Shown here: piece after piece, positions 40,997 to 51,304 of the stretch
Position numbering within the stretch: the first letter of the stretch is position 1
Layout of the letters: the number at the start of each line of letters is the position of its first letter
DNA from: Dehalococcoidia bacterium
Lineage (GTDB): Bacteria; Chloroflexota; Dehalococcoidia; Bin125
Direction of reading: 5' to 3'
Length of the DNA: 64,000 nucleotides
Assembly: GCA_963662615.2 (NCBI GenBank)
Contig: CAXXSR010000001.1
Location: 32,001-96,000, forward strand
The notes under the pieces: model-generated
Told to the model about the DNA's origin: nothing
The model's database searches: none
The model's input: the letters and a program-made list of their open reading frames with translations, nothing else
Made by a program: the position numbers and the translations under genes

Positions 40997-42061
40997 ATGC
41001 CAACGATTGCGCCGGACGCGCTCACCGATCTCACAACCAACATTTTCACCGCGTTAGACGTGCCGGAGGCCGACGCGCGAGAGGTCGCCCAGCACCTCGT
41101 GGGCGCCAACTTGGCCGGGCACGATTCCCACGGCGTCATCCGCGTCCCCAGCTACGTGCGGCGGGTGAAAGAGGGCATGATTCAGCCCGGGGCCGAGATC
41201 ACCATTGAGCGAGAGACGGCGAATACTGCGGCGGTGATCGGACATCACAACTTCGGCCAGGTGACCGCGCGGAGGGTGACGGAGCTGGCTATCGCCAAAG
41301 CGAAGGCAGCAGATGTCGCGATGGTCACCGCGTATGAGTGCACTCACGTGGGGCGAGTGGGCGCATACCCGGAGCTGATCGCAGCGACCGGATTGCTGGG
41401 GATGGCGGCGGTGAACAACAGTGGGGGCGGGCGGATGACGGCGGCGTACGGCGGCGTCGATGCGCGTACGTCGCCGAACCCGATCAGCATGGCGGTTCCC
41501 ACTGGGCGGCGCGACCTGCCGTTCCTCGTCGATATGACGGCGAGCGTCGTCCCGGAGGGCAAGCTCCTCGTGAAGCGGAACCAGGGGTCCCCGCTTCCTG
41601 ACGGCTGGGCGACCCGGGCGGACGGGACGCCGGCGCGGACGGCTGAGGATTTTTTCGGCCCGCCCCGGGGCGCAATCCTCCCATTGGGCGGGATTGTGGC
41701 GCACAAGGGCTTTGCCCTGTCGCTGATGGTAGAGGCGCTTGCCGGAGCACTCTCCGGCGCGGGATGCTCCAACCCTCACGGTGGCGAGTTCCGGGACAAT
41801 GCGCTCTGGGTGATGGCGGTGAACATCGAAGCATTTACGCCCCTGGAGGAGTTCCAGCGGAGTGTCGGTGGCTTGATGGACTACGTGAAGAGTCCACCCT
41901 ACGCGCCCGGCTTCGCGGAGATCCTGGTGCCGGGCGAGCCCGAACATCGTTCGGCACTGAAGCGCCGCCGCGAGGGCATCCCACTAGACGATGAAACGTG
42001 GCAACAGCTTACGGACGTTGCCAAGGAGTTCGGCGCGCCCGGTTGGACCGTGACGGACTAG
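40997..42061 (+). CDS. Ldh_2 (malate/L-lactate/sulfolactate dehydrogenase) family oxidoreductase
   Basis: GHDSHGV, THVGRVGAY, NPISMA, DMTAS, HKGFAL, PGEPE. Confidence 0.9.
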   Translation: MPTIAPDALTDLTTNIFTALDVPEADAREVAQHLVGANLAGHDSHGVIRVPSYVRRVKEGMIQPGAEITIERETANTAAVIGHHNFGQVTARRVTELAIAKAKAADVAMVTAYECTHVGRVGAYPELIAATGLLGMAAVNNSGGGRMTAAYGGVDARTSPNPISMAVPTGRRDLPFLVDMTASVVPEGKLLVKRNQGSPLPDGWATRADGTPARTAEDFFGPPRGAILPLGGIVAHKGFALSLMVEALAGALSGAGCSNPHGGEFRDNALWVMAVNIEAFTPLEEFQRSVGGLMDYVKSPPYAPGFAEILVPGEPEHRSALKRRREGIPLDDETWQQLTDVAKEFGAPGWTVTD

Positions 42062-42632
42062 AGGAGTACTCGCGGCCCGCGTGGTGGGAGAGCCCGCCCT
42101 TGCCCGACTCCCTCAGGGGGCCCTCAGGGAAGATAAGGCCGGGCGTGCCGGAATCCGCTGCTCCGCCCTTTGGGCGCTCAGCAATAGAGCGGCCTTCTCC
42201 TCGCCGTAGGCTTCGCGTCAGTTCCGGCCAGCGGAGGAATCATCCGTGCCTGAGTGAAGGGAGGCCCTCAGGGGGCATCCGCGGGTGCGGCGAGCAGAGG
42301 CGCATGATAGCTGTCTCTGCTTGCTCCACGGCCACCCCTGGGCTGCTGGCGACGTCCCGGTGACCGTTCTGCATTGGAGCTGCAACAGAAATCTTGTCGC
42401 GTTCCGGGACTGGTGCTGTGGCGAAGGGCTGTTCGGCCAGGTGGCGCGCTTGTCAAGTGCGGGGCGATCTGCTATCCCGGCCATCTGGCCGGGAGTTTCC
42501 CTCAGGCAGGAAGCGTGCTTCGTCCGGGGAAGGGAGGACAGTAGCGAGCGTGCAAGAGCGAGATTGCTCCTCATCGGCTGGGGAGCAGGCACGAACAAGG
42601 CCCAACTGAAGGAAGGTAAGGAAAATAGCGAG

Positions 42633-44177
42633 ATGTTGAAGCTTCGATTTGGAACCTTGAAGGGGCGGTCGGCCGCATTCCTACTCGTGGTCGTTGCCTT
42701 CGCGTTGGCGTTAGGGGCCGCTTGCGGCGATGACGACGACACCGGGGCGAGCGCCTCGGCGGCTGCGGCGGCGCAGGCGGCGGCGCAGGCGGCGGAGGCG
42801 GAGACGGCGGCGGCGGAGACGGCGGCGCAGTCTGCTCAGGCGGAGGCCGCGGCGGCGCGGGCGGAGGCGGAGGTGGCGCAGGCGGCCGTCGCCGGGGCGG
42901 AGACCGAGGCTGAGGCGGCCGCGGCGCGCGCCACGGCTGCAGAGGCGGAGACGCGGGCCGCAGAGGCGGAGGCGCGGGCTGCCGCAGCGGCGCCAGCCGC
43001 CGAAGGCATCGTCCAGATTGGCCTTCCGTTTGAGTTGTCCGGCGTCTGGACGGTGTACGGGATTGCGGAAGCCAACGGCGTCCGTCTCGCCACCAAAGAG
43101 ATGAACTCGGGCCACGAACTGTGTGACTTCTGTGAGCCCGGCGGGGGGATCCGGATTGGCGACACCGTCTACAGGATCGAACTGGTGGAACGGGACATTC
43201 GCTCGGAAACGGCTCCCGCCATTGCCGCAGCGAACGAGCTGATCGACGACATCGGGGTGAACTTCATCATCGGTCCCGCCCTCGATCAATTCGCGATCAA
43301 GATTCAGGAGCTGACGAACCCCCGCAAGGTCATAATGCTGGGCTCGCCCTCAGTCTTCACCGATATTCTCACGCTGGAATCCGTTTCGTTCGACGGTCCG
43401 CTGGAGACGACGAAGCGGTACCTCTTCAAGACGCACTCAGAGAATCCGGTGCGAGAGAAGATTATCGTTGAAGGGGCGATTAACCTGATCAACACGGTGC
43501 TTCCCGGCACCTCGAAGTCGGTGATCCTGATCTCCGATGACGCGGCCGGCAAAAGCATTGGCCCCTCCGCGCAGACTGCGATGGAGAATGCCGGCCATGA
43601 GGTGGAACTGCTCTACTACCCGCCGGGCACGACGGACTTCGGGAGCTTCCTGACGCGGGTCAAGGAGTTGGAGCCGGACATCGTGCAGCTCTGGTACAAC
43701 CCAGATGATGCGATGGTTCAGATCCAACAAGCGCAAGAGTTCGCCGTGGGGCCGGCCTACTTCATGTACGGCGTTGATCCGGGCGCTTTTCGGCAGCTTT
43801 TCCCCGACGGTCTGGACGTCCCGGTGGTCGTGGCCTGCATCCCCAAGTGCTGGGGCGAGGCCTCGAGTCAGAAAGCCACGGACTACTGGGACCGCTGGGT
43901 GAAAGCGGGCTATCCCCTGACCCCGGCGGGCGCGACGAGCCTGCTTTACTACGATTTCACCTACATGCTCGCGAAAGCGTGGAAGGATGCCGGCACGGTG
44001 ACCGACACCGACGCTATCGTCCGAGCGCTTGAGAAGGTTGAGCGGGACGGCGTGATGGGTCAGCTCAAGTTCAATGACCGGCACATCGCCAACCACGGCT
44101 TCGATCTGTGCTTGCAGCTGAACAACGAGTGGGACTGCGAGTTCGTCCTGCCGAGTGACGTCGGGTTCACCGACTAG
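42633..44177 (+). CDS. ABC branched-chain-amino-acid-type substrate-binding lipoprotein with an Ala/Glu-rich linker
   Basis: Lipobox GAAC, long AAAQAAE/AEAEAAA stretch, IG.P.ELSG, GVRLA, IIGP, TDFGSFLTRVK. Confidence 0.85.
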   Translation: MLKLRFGTLKGRSAAFLLVVVAFALALGAACGDDDDTGASASAAAAAQAAAQAAEAETAAAETAAQSAQAEAAAARAEAEVAQAAVAGAETEAEAAAARATAAEAETRAAEAEARAAAAAPAAEGIVQIGLPFELSGVWTVYGIAEANGVRLATKEMNSGHELCDFCEPGGGIRIGDTVYRIELVERDIRSETAPAIAAANELIDDIGVNFIIGPALDQFAIKIQELTNPRKVIMLGSPSVFTDILTLESVSFDGPLETTKRYLFKTHSENPVREKIIVEGAINLINTVLPGTSKSVILISDDAAGKSIGPSAQTAMENAGHEVELLYYPPGTTDFGSFLTRVKELEPDIVQLWYNPDDAMVQIQQAQEFAVGPAYFMYGVDPGAFRQLFPDGLDVPVVVACIPKCWGEASSQKATDYWDRWVKAGYPLTPAGATSLLYYDFTYMLAKAWKDAGTVTDTDAIVRALEKVERDGVMGQLKFNDRHIANHGFDLCLQLNNEWDCEFVLPSDVGFTD

Positions 44178-44387
44178 GGGGACGGAGCCGCAAGAGAGGA
44201 AGGGGCCGGCTTCCCGGCCTGGCCGTCCAGCGCTCGCGACGAGACGGCGAGCGCTGGGCGGCTCGCACGCTGGCGTGCGCGCCGCACCGTCGTGCGGAAT
44301 CGTGAATGCGACGTCACGGTGCAGAGCTGCTGATCGAGCCCGTCATCGTTCGGTCGCAAGGCGCCTCGCGAGGCGTGGAGACCAAGA

Positions 44388-45527
44388 GTGCCATCCGAGC
44401 AGGGTCTGGACACCGCTGCGGGGCTCGGCCGGAAGACGCGCCTGCGGCTGCGAACGTTCGTCGCCTCGGCTTCACCAGAACAGCTGTTCTTGCTCATAGC
44501 CATCCCCGCACTCCTGATCGCCTTGCCTTGGATCATGCCCTCCTTCCGCCTGATGACCCTGGCCGTCATCACCACGATCACCGCCATTGTGCTGTACGGC
44601 CTCATGCTTCTCTACGGCCAAACGGGCATTCTCTCCATTGGCCATGGCGCTCTCTGGGGGGTGGGAGGCTATCTGGGGGCCGTCCTCCTCCTTGAGGCCA
44701 ACTTGTCGTTCTGGGCTGCCCTCCCGCTGGTTGGGCTGGGGGCCGCGCTCGTCGCAGGCGTGCTGGGGTTTCCCGCCCTCCGGGTCAGTGGGCACCACTT
44801 TGTGATCCTCACGTTCGCCTTCGCGGAAATCTTCGTGATCGCAATGGGGAACGGGGGGTCCCTCACCGGCGACCGGGAGGGGAGGATCCTCGACGACCGT
44901 GTCGCACCGGTCCTTGGTCTCACTTTTGAGTCGCTGGAGTCGTTCTATTTCCTGTCCCTCTTTTTCCTCTTCATCACGCTTGCCGCCGTCTATTTCATCA
45001 TCCGCTCGCCGCTCGGTCGGTCATTGCGGGCGATCCGAGAGAACGAGCCGCTGGCGCAATCGCTGGGCATCAATCCGACTTACTACAAGATCGGTATCTT
45101 CATGCTCGGCGGGGTATTCGCCGGCGTCTCTGGATTGCTCTACGCGTACTTCTTGCGGCACGTCTCGCCGGATCTGTTTGGTGCGTTCCCCGGCATTCAG
45201 CTGGTGTTGATGCTGCTGATCGGCGGAGCGGGGTGGCTGCTTGGTCCCCTTGCTGGAGCCGTCGTGGTCGGGTTCCTCCCGGAAGTCACCGACGCTGTCG
45301 GCTTTGGCATCAATCCGTTGGAAATCCGGATCGTGTATGGCATCGCGCTGCTCTTGGTCATCCTCTTCCTCCCGCAGGGGCTCGTGGCCGGAATCGCGTC
45401 CGCCTATACGTACGGAAAGAGTCAGATCCTGGCGCTCTTGTGGCCGCGGGCCCCGTTGGAACTGGCCGCGGAGTCCGCCGAGGATTCCCAAGGCGAGGGA
45501 GCGAGTCCGTCTGCTCGCGGAAGATGA
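44388..45527 (+). CDS. Branched-chain amino acid ABC permease (LivM-like)
   Basis: GQTGILSIGHGA, LTFAFAE, SPLGRSLRAIRENE, LIGG.G.L.GP, FLPQGL. Confidence 0.9.
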   Translation: MPSEQGLDTAAGLGRKTRLRLRTFVASASPEQLFLLIAIPALLIALPWIMPSFRLMTLAVITTITAIVLYGLMLLYGQTGILSIGHGALWGVGGYLGAVLLLEANLSFWAALPLVGLGAALVAGVLGFPALRVSGHHFVILTFAFAEIFVIAMGNGGSLTGDREGRILDDRVAPVLGLTFESLESFYFLSLFFLFITLAAVYFIIRSPLGRSLRAIRENEPLAQSLGINPTYYKIGIFMLGGVFAGVSGLLYAYFLRHVSPDLFGAFPGIQLVLMLLIGGAGWLLGPLAGAVVVGFLPEVTDAVGFGINPLEIRIVYGIALLLVILFLPQGLVAGIASAYTYGKSQILALLWPRAPLELAAESAEDSQGEGASPSARGR

Positions 45528-45617
45528 CCGTTCCGCGGAGCGTCCCCAAGCACGCGAAGGAAACCGCCTCGGCTCGCGACACGATCCACACGGCGGGGAT
45601 GCGCTCGTTGGGCAAAG

Positions 45618-45647
45618 CGAAGGGCCCGGCGGACGCTGGGCCCTTCG
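45618..45647. terminator. Hairpin between convergent genes
   Basis: cgaagggcccggc / gctgggcccttcg stem between the stops at 45527 and 45667. Confidence 0.55.
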
Positions 45648-45666
45648 GAGTGAGGCAGCGCTGAAT

Positions 45667-47418
45667 CTACTGTGCTTTACCGTGCCGGAGCAGCCTGCCG
45701 GGCGTGGCGCCGGTGCATTTGCCGTCTTCGAACGTGATCTCACCGTTCACGATGGTCCAGCGGTAGCCCTCTGCCCGCTGCACCCGCCGCCACTCATTCT
45801 CCGGGAAATCCCAGGCGAGTTCGTATTGGTCTCGCTCTGGTACACGCTTCAAATTCTCCAGGTCGTAGACCACGACATCTGCCGCACCGCCCTCCTGCAG
45901 CGTGCCGCGGTCCTTGAACCCCGCCGCGTGCGCCGGCAGAGTGCTGAGCACGTGGTGCGCTTGCTCCAGTGTCAGCCTGCCGGTGTCGCGGACCAGCCAG
46001 GCAATGGTGTCGGTCGTGTAGGAGCCGCCGACGAAGAACTTGGTGTGGGCGCCGCCGTCAGAGATGCCGGGGAGGATGCAGTTGGACCGCATCATCTCGG
46101 CGACCTTGTCCGGGTCGCTGCTCGTGATCTCCGCTGTAACGAACACCGTGTCGAGGTCGCTCGCAACAGCAACGTCAATCAACGCATCGAGCGGATCCTT
46201 GCCCTCGTCCTTGGCGATCTCGCCGACGGTCCGGCCGCGGTACCTCTCCAGTTCCGGGTAATCGGCGGAGGGTTGAACCGTGAATCCCTCCAGCGGACCG
46301 CCGATCGCATGTTTCACCAGGTGGTCCTCCTCGGCCTTCATCTGCGCGCGCACCTGCGGGTCCCGGAGCTTCTGCATCCTCTCCGCCACGGTCCCGAGGA
46401 GGGCGTTCTTCCAGGCCGGACTGCTGTCGTAAAAGGCCCAGTGCTTGAGCGTGAACATGAACCTCGTGCGATCGCTCAGGGCTTGACCGAAGATGCGGAG
46501 GCCGCGCGCTTGGCAGTCCTTCAACCACTCGATCCGCCCGCGGTGGAACTCCGGGACATCCTCGAAGGCAGCGACCACGTTCATCATGATCGGCCGCCCG
46601 GAGGTTTTCGCGATCAGCTCAATCCAAGCATCGCCGGGGTTGTGGCGGCCGTCGCCTGAAAAGATGTCGCTCCTGCTTTTGGACGAGTCAGTGATCTGCA
46701 TAAACCCCTCGTTGCGCTCGCCCAGCACCTCCGCCAGCGCCAGCATGTCCTCGTCCGTCATGAGATCGGATGGCATGGGCGTGCCGTCGTAGTCGCCCTG
46801 GACGGAGTGCTCGCCCAATCGCTGTGTCGCCCATCCGCAGGCGCCAGCGTCCATACCCTCCGCCAGCAGGCGCTGCATCTCGCGGCGCTCCTCATTGGTC
46901 GCGGGCCGGCTCTTGGACGCCTCCAAGCCCATAACCCAGACCATGAGAGGCGTGACCGGGAAGTATTGCACGCAGTTCACGCCCTTGGGCAGGCGATCCA
47001 GCGAATCCATCCACTCCGGGAAGGTGACCCAGTCCCAGAGCATCCCCGCTCTCATCGTCTTGGCCGGAATGGCCTCGTTGCGCTCCATCATCAGCATGGC
47101 GCGCTCGCGCAGCTCCGGCCGCATCGGGGCGAAGCCGAACCCGCAGTTGCCCAGGGCCACCGAGGTCACGCCATGCCAGCCGGAGATCGTGCAGTACGGG
47201 TCCCACTGGATTTGCGCGTCGTAGTGCGTGTGGAGGTCCACGAAGCCCGGCGCGACGATCAGCCCGCTGGCGTCCAGGACCTTGTCGGCGTCCCTGCCGC
47301 GGATGGCCCCGACCTGGGCGACGCGTCCATCCTTGATCCCGACGTCGCCGAGGTAGCTCGGCACACCGGTCCCCTCCACCACCCTGCCGCCCTTGATCAG
47401 AATGTCGTACTCAGCCAC
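45667..47418 (-). CDS. N-acyl-D-amino-acid deacylase family amidohydrolase (paralog B)
   Basis: Same motifs as paralog A; long identical stretch DADKVLDASGLIVAPGFVDLHTHYDAQIQWDPYCTISGWHGVTSVALGNCGFGFAP. Confidence 0.92.
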   Translation of the reverse strand: MAEYDILIKGGRVVEGTGVPSYLGDVGIKDGRVAQVGAIRGRDADKVLDASGLIVAPGFVDLHTHYDAQIQWDPYCTISGWHGVTSVALGNCGFGFAPMRPELRERAMLMMERNEAIPAKTMRAGMLWDWVTFPEWMDSLDRLPKGVNCVQYFPVTPLMVWVMGLEASKSRPATNEERREMQRLLAEGMDAGACGWATQRLGEHSVQGDYDGTPMPSDLMTDEDMLALAEVLGERNEGFMQITDSSKSRSDIFSGDGRHNPGDAWIELIAKTSGRPIMMNVVAAFEDVPEFHRGRIEWLKDCQARGLRIFGQALSDRTRFMFTLKHWAFYDSSPAWKNALLGTVAERMQKLRDPQVRAQMKAEEDHLVKHAIGGPLEGFTVQPSADYPELERYRGRTVGEIAKDEGKDPLDALIDVAVASDLDTVFVTAEITSSDPDKVAEMMRSNCILPGISDGGAHTKFFVGGSYTTDTIAWLVRDTGRLTLEQAHHVLSTLPAHAAGFKDRGTLQEGGAADVVVYDLENLKRVPERDQYELAWDFPENEWRRVQRAEGYRWTIVNGEITFEDGKCTGATPGRLLRHGKAQ

Positions 47419-47801
47419 CGCATCCCCCTTCCGTGCATCGCGCTATCATCCCGGGAGCTGGAATCGTGGATCGTCATCCTGGTGATCGAATCGGGACAGG
47501 CTAGCGCCGTCGTCCCCAGCCGTTCCTCGAATCCGCTGTTCGTCCGTTCAGACATGGTGGACGAATGCTGACGATTCCCCCAATCATTGTCAACCGCAGT
47601 GCTAACGCCCTTGGGTGACTCGCGGTTCGGAGGCGTTGACGGATCGCTCTCGGTCGGATGCGCGGAAATCTAAGGACTCTTGTACGCCCGATAGTACGGT
47701 TCTGCAGCGGCGTGCATCGGTCCAGAAAGAGCGGCCGCTTGCGCCTATCGTTGCCTTGCCAAGCAGCCCGTAAGGATTCAGGAAACCGGCTATTCCAAGG
47801 C

Positions 47802-48333
47802 GAACTCTATCCCGGACAGAACTGCTCGACATTGAGTTCGATATCGCTTTCAACGGCGGAAACGCGCGGGGTGCGCCGCTACTCGGCGACCGATGACGCG
47901 GCCAAGGCGGCAGACAGCAACGGACACTCCGGCCATGGCTCGCCCGCATTTATGACGCTCGTCTTGTGCGAGAGGTAGACCTGCCCGAGACAAAAGTAGG
48001 CGAAGTATATCTCGGACAGATCTGTCCGCCATAGAGTTCACGAGTGGGTACGAGGCGCCGGCCAGGCGATTCTAGTGCACGTCGAGATCCGCCAGGTTGT
48101 GCAGGGTGGTGGCCTCCCCCAGCCGGTCCTCGATGGCCCCGTGTAGACTGCCAGATCACATCAGATAGAGTTCGCGTTCTTGAATCGCTGAAGCAGCCGG
48201 CCGGCGCTCGCCAGAGGAAGCTCGACTTCTATCTCGGACAGGTCTGTCCGACATAGAGTTGGATTTACGGGAGTGCAATTCGACGCCGGCGAGTCGGAGT
48301 CAATGGCGAACAGTCCTGTCCCAGATAGAGTTC
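47802..48333. repeat. Cluster of 38-bp palindromic repeats (47802, 48002, 48224, 48296)
   Basis: e.g. gaactctatcccggacag-aa-ctgctcgacattgagttc; cttctatctcggacag-gt-ctgtccgacatagagtt. Confidence 0.85.
47870..47930 (+). pseudogene. Tyrosine recombinase 3' remnant (copy 4)
   Basis: VRRYSATDDAAKAAD matches VRRYSATYDAAKAAD of copy 2. Confidence 0.72.
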
Positions 48334-48650
48334 GCCTTTGGAAAGCGCGCCCGCTGGGCAGTCATGGAGCGGCGGAGCGTCGGCTCGACGAGGAGGAGAA
48401 GGCGAGCTGCGTCTGCGTCGAGCGGCCCTGGCCACGAGAGCAGCTCAGGCCGATCTTGACGCCGAGGTCGGGGTTGGCGAGGTCGGCGACGGCCTGTTGG
48501 ATGGCCTGCGTGAGGGCGGCGTCGATCTCAGGTCGCAGGCCTAATCGTCCGGCCCCGCTGTGATCCTGGATGAATGGCTCGGAGACTACGCCTCGATCGA
48601 TTCATGTGGAGCCGATTTAGCTCGACACCGATCTGGGAGGTCCGCCCGTG

Positions 48651-49478
48651 CTAGAACGTCACCCCAGTCAAGTTCCGTTCCTCCAGCGCCGCGACCAACT
48701 CCACCCACCCCGAGTCGTCTGCGGGCAGCCAGCGCCGAAAATGCTCCAGCTCCATCATCTCCGCGATTTCGGGTTCGGCAGGCTCCATCGCCGTGAGGAG
48801 CTCCACGAAGCGGTTGGCCGTCCCTTGGGGCAGTCCCGGCCGGGCCGTGAACGCACAGTGGCAGAACGGTTTGCTCCGCCAGACGATTTTGAAGTCCACC
48901 GCAGCGCGGGTCGCCGTCTTCGCCAGATGGTTAAGGAACGGCTCGAAGATCGCTCCCGCGTCGACCCGCTCGCGGGTGATCGCCTCGAAGATTATCCCGC
49001 TGTCTACCCAGCGCTCGCCGTCGGGGTACTCGCGCGGCCCAAGGTTCACGATCTCGCATTCCCTCTCCAGATCCAGCCCAGCCTGCGCGAGCTGGCGGAC
49101 GGGAATGATGCGAAGCTCGGTCGAGAGTGGATTCCCTAGGGCGAGCCGCTTCCCCCGTAGGTCCTGCAGCGCGGCGATTCCGGAATCCGTGCGAGCGACG
49201 ATGACCGTCGCGACGTTCTGATCGGTGTCGCGCATGGCCAGCGTCCGGCAGGCCCCGCCGCTTTGCATCAGGCTCTGGGCGTGCGCCATGGGCGCGTTCC
49301 ACGCAATGTCGACCTCGCCCGCGAGCAGCGCCCGGCACATGGCGTCGTACGTCGAGTAGAGCGCGTAGTCCATCGCCAGCCCGTGATCATTGAAGTAGCG
49401 GCGCATCGCCGTCCAGATCGTCACGGTTTGCGGGCCGTGGGCTTGCGCGGCCACCCGGAGGGGACGATCATCTGACAT
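48651..49478 (-). CDS. PhnD/SsuA-type substrate-binding protein
   Basis: GEVDIAWNAP, MRDTD, IAALQDLRGKRLALG, HCAF; AAGGAG RBS. Confidence 0.85.
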   Translation of the reverse strand: MSDDRPLRVAAQAHGPQTVTIWTAMRRYFNDHGLAMDYALYSTYDAMCRALLAGEVDIAWNAPMAHAQSLMQSGGACRTLAMRDTDQNVATVIVARTDSGIAALQDLRGKRLALGNPLSTELRIIPVRQLAQAGLDLERECEIVNLGPREYPDGERWVDSGIIFEAITRERVDAGAIFEPFLNHLAKTATRAAVDFKIVWRSKPFCHCAFTARPGLPQGTANRFVELLTAMEPAEPEIAEMMELEHFRRWLPADDSGWVELVAALEERNLTGVTF

Positions 49479-49770
49479 CGCTCTCTCCTTCTGCCAGGAA
49501 GCTGGTCAGCGCAGTATAGGCGCCGGCTTGTTCTCCCGCCGCGGCGAGACAGGCGCGCTCGGCGTTACCGAGTACCTGACCCAGCAGGACGGGCAGCGGG
49601 GCGTACCTGCGAGTGCGGTCAACCCACTCCCTCCCTCTGCCTATGCCCAAGCTCGAGCTGGCGACCGAGTGCGAAATCGTGTCCCGCGGCTTGCACGTGG
49701 GCAGGATCAAGCGGATGCTCGTTCGCGCTGTAGGGTGATCGCCAACGAGGGATGAGAAGGGGTCGACCAT

Positions 49771-50892
49771 TGTGCCGGCCCAAAACTCCGTCCGTGTTGC
49801 GCGACAGCCCTGTGACGTTGATCCTGCCGACCGAGGAGATCGGCAATGTGGCTCTACTTCCGGCTGTTCCTCCTGGCGCTGCGACTCCTCGGCCGCGATC
49901 GCCGGGATCTGGTCTTGGAGAACCTCGCCCTGCGGCAGCAACTCGCGGTCTTCGAGCGCCGCGGCCACCGGCCAGCGCTGGCCCCAGCGGACCGGCGCTT
50001 CTGGTCCCACCTCGCCCGGGGATGGCAGCCGTGGCGACGGCATCTCGTGCTGGTCCAGCCGGACACGGTCGTGCGCTGGCATCGGACCGCGTGGCGGATC
50101 CGCTGGCGTCGCAAGAGTCGGGCGCGCCGGGCTGGCCGCCCGCGCTTCGATCCCGCGGTGATCGCCTTGATCCAGCGGCTCCGACGCGAGAACCCGACCT
50201 GGGGGACGCGACGGTTCCAGGGCGAACTCCATCAGCTGGGGCTCCGTATCAGCCGCACCACGGTCCAGCGCTACGGCAGCCCACCAACGCCCTCGCCGAG
50301 CTGGCGGACCTTTCTCTGCCTCCACGCGCCGGAGATCTGGGCTTGCGATTTCTTCACGGTGCAGACCCTGACGTTCCGCACCCTCTACGTCTTCTTCGTG
50401 ATCACGCATGAGCGCCGCGCCCTCGTCCATTGGAACGTCACGCGGCACCCCACAGCGGCCTGGGTCTGGCAGCAGATCCGAGAGGCCACGCCGTGGGGCC
50501 AGCACCCGCGTTATCTGATCCGGGATCGCGATGCCAAGTTCGGTGGGGACTTCGTCCCGCGCGCTCGGGGGATTGGGATCGAGACGATCCTCACCCCGTT
50601 CCGAGCGCCCCAAGCGAATGCCATCGCGGAGCGGTTGGTCGGCACGTTGCGCCGCGAGTGTCTCGACCACGTCCTCGTCTGGAACGAGCGCCATCTCCGT
50701 CGTCTCTTGCGCGAGTACGTGGCCTTCTACAACGCCGCCCGTCCGCACCAGGCCTTAAGACAAGTGCCTCCCGCAGGAGACAGGAGACATGGCGGACCAG
50801 GTACACGAGTCGTCGGCGAACCCGTCCTCGGCGGGTTGCATCACGTCTACCGATGGGCGGCCTAGCCCCGGATGGGGTTTTGGGCCGGCACA
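49771..50892 (+). mobile_element. IS481/IS3-like insertion sequence, apparently intact
   Basis: Terminal inverted repeats TGTGCCGGCCCAAAAC at 49771 and 50877-50892 enclosing one transposase ORF; no clear target duplication. Confidence 0.92.
49846..50865 (+). CDS. Integrase-core-domain (DDE) transposase
   Basis: ENLALRQQL, ENPTWG, CDFFTV, IRDRDAKF, AERLVGTLRRECLDH, YNAARPH, LGGLHHVY. Confidence 0.92.
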   Translation: MWLYFRLFLLALRLLGRDRRDLVLENLALRQQLAVFERRGHRPALAPADRRFWSHLARGWQPWRRHLVLVQPDTVVRWHRTAWRIRWRRKSRARRAGRPRFDPAVIALIQRLRRENPTWGTRRFQGELHQLGLRISRTTVQRYGSPPTPSPSWRTFLCLHAPEIWACDFFTVQTLTFRTLYVFFVITHERRALVHWNVTRHPTAAWVWQQIREATPWGQHPRYLIRDRDAKFGGDFVPRARGIGIETILTPFRAPQANAIAERLVGTLRRECLDHVLVWNERHLRRLLREYVAFYNAARPHQALRQVPPAGDRRHGGPGTRVVGEPVLGGLHHVYRWAA

Positions 50893-50912
50893 GCCCAAAC
50901 CCTCCTTAAGTC

Positions 50913-50949
50913 GAACTCCATGTCGGACAGGTCTGTCCGACGTAGAATC
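50913..50949. repeat. 38-bp palindromic repeat
   Basis: gaactccatgtcggacag-gt-ctgtccgacgtagaatc. Confidence 0.85.
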
Positions 50950-51304
50950 CTAGATGCCGCACTCCCGGCGACGGCGGCGTATTAACCGACGCGGCCATGG
51001 GCCGGCAGATGGACGCGACCCTGACGCAGTTCAGTAAGATCACTAAGCCCATCATCCTGGCGGGACGTCGATGAGGTCCTGGAGGAGGCCGAGCACATCG
51101 TGGCGCTGTTTAAGGCCGCCCCACGCGATGCCGATGGCGAGCCAGACCTCACCTGGTTCGCGGCTCAGGTTGGCGTAGACGAGGCCGAATTGCGGGACCT
51201 GGCCGTTGCGCTCCCGGGGGAGTGCGAGCGAGGGCCGCGTTCGCCGCGACCCTCCGGGGGAAACCGACTCACCTAGCCCATCGGCCGGGCTCCACCGATC
51301 GGCA

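Noticed and set aside
42105-42510. Recurring CCCTCAGG motif upstream of the binding-protein gene
   Set aside because: Too short and irregular to distinguish from chance in GC-rich DNA.
48350-48545. Coding-like fragment on the minus strand (also 51055-51200)
   Set aside because: Looks like gene debris, but I cannot assign a family or boundaries.
49560-49770. Possible Sec motif (EGVG-TGA-PHS) on the minus strand upstream of the PhnD-like gene
   Set aside because: No recognisable family, start or convincing SECIS; probably non-coding or IS-disrupted sequence.
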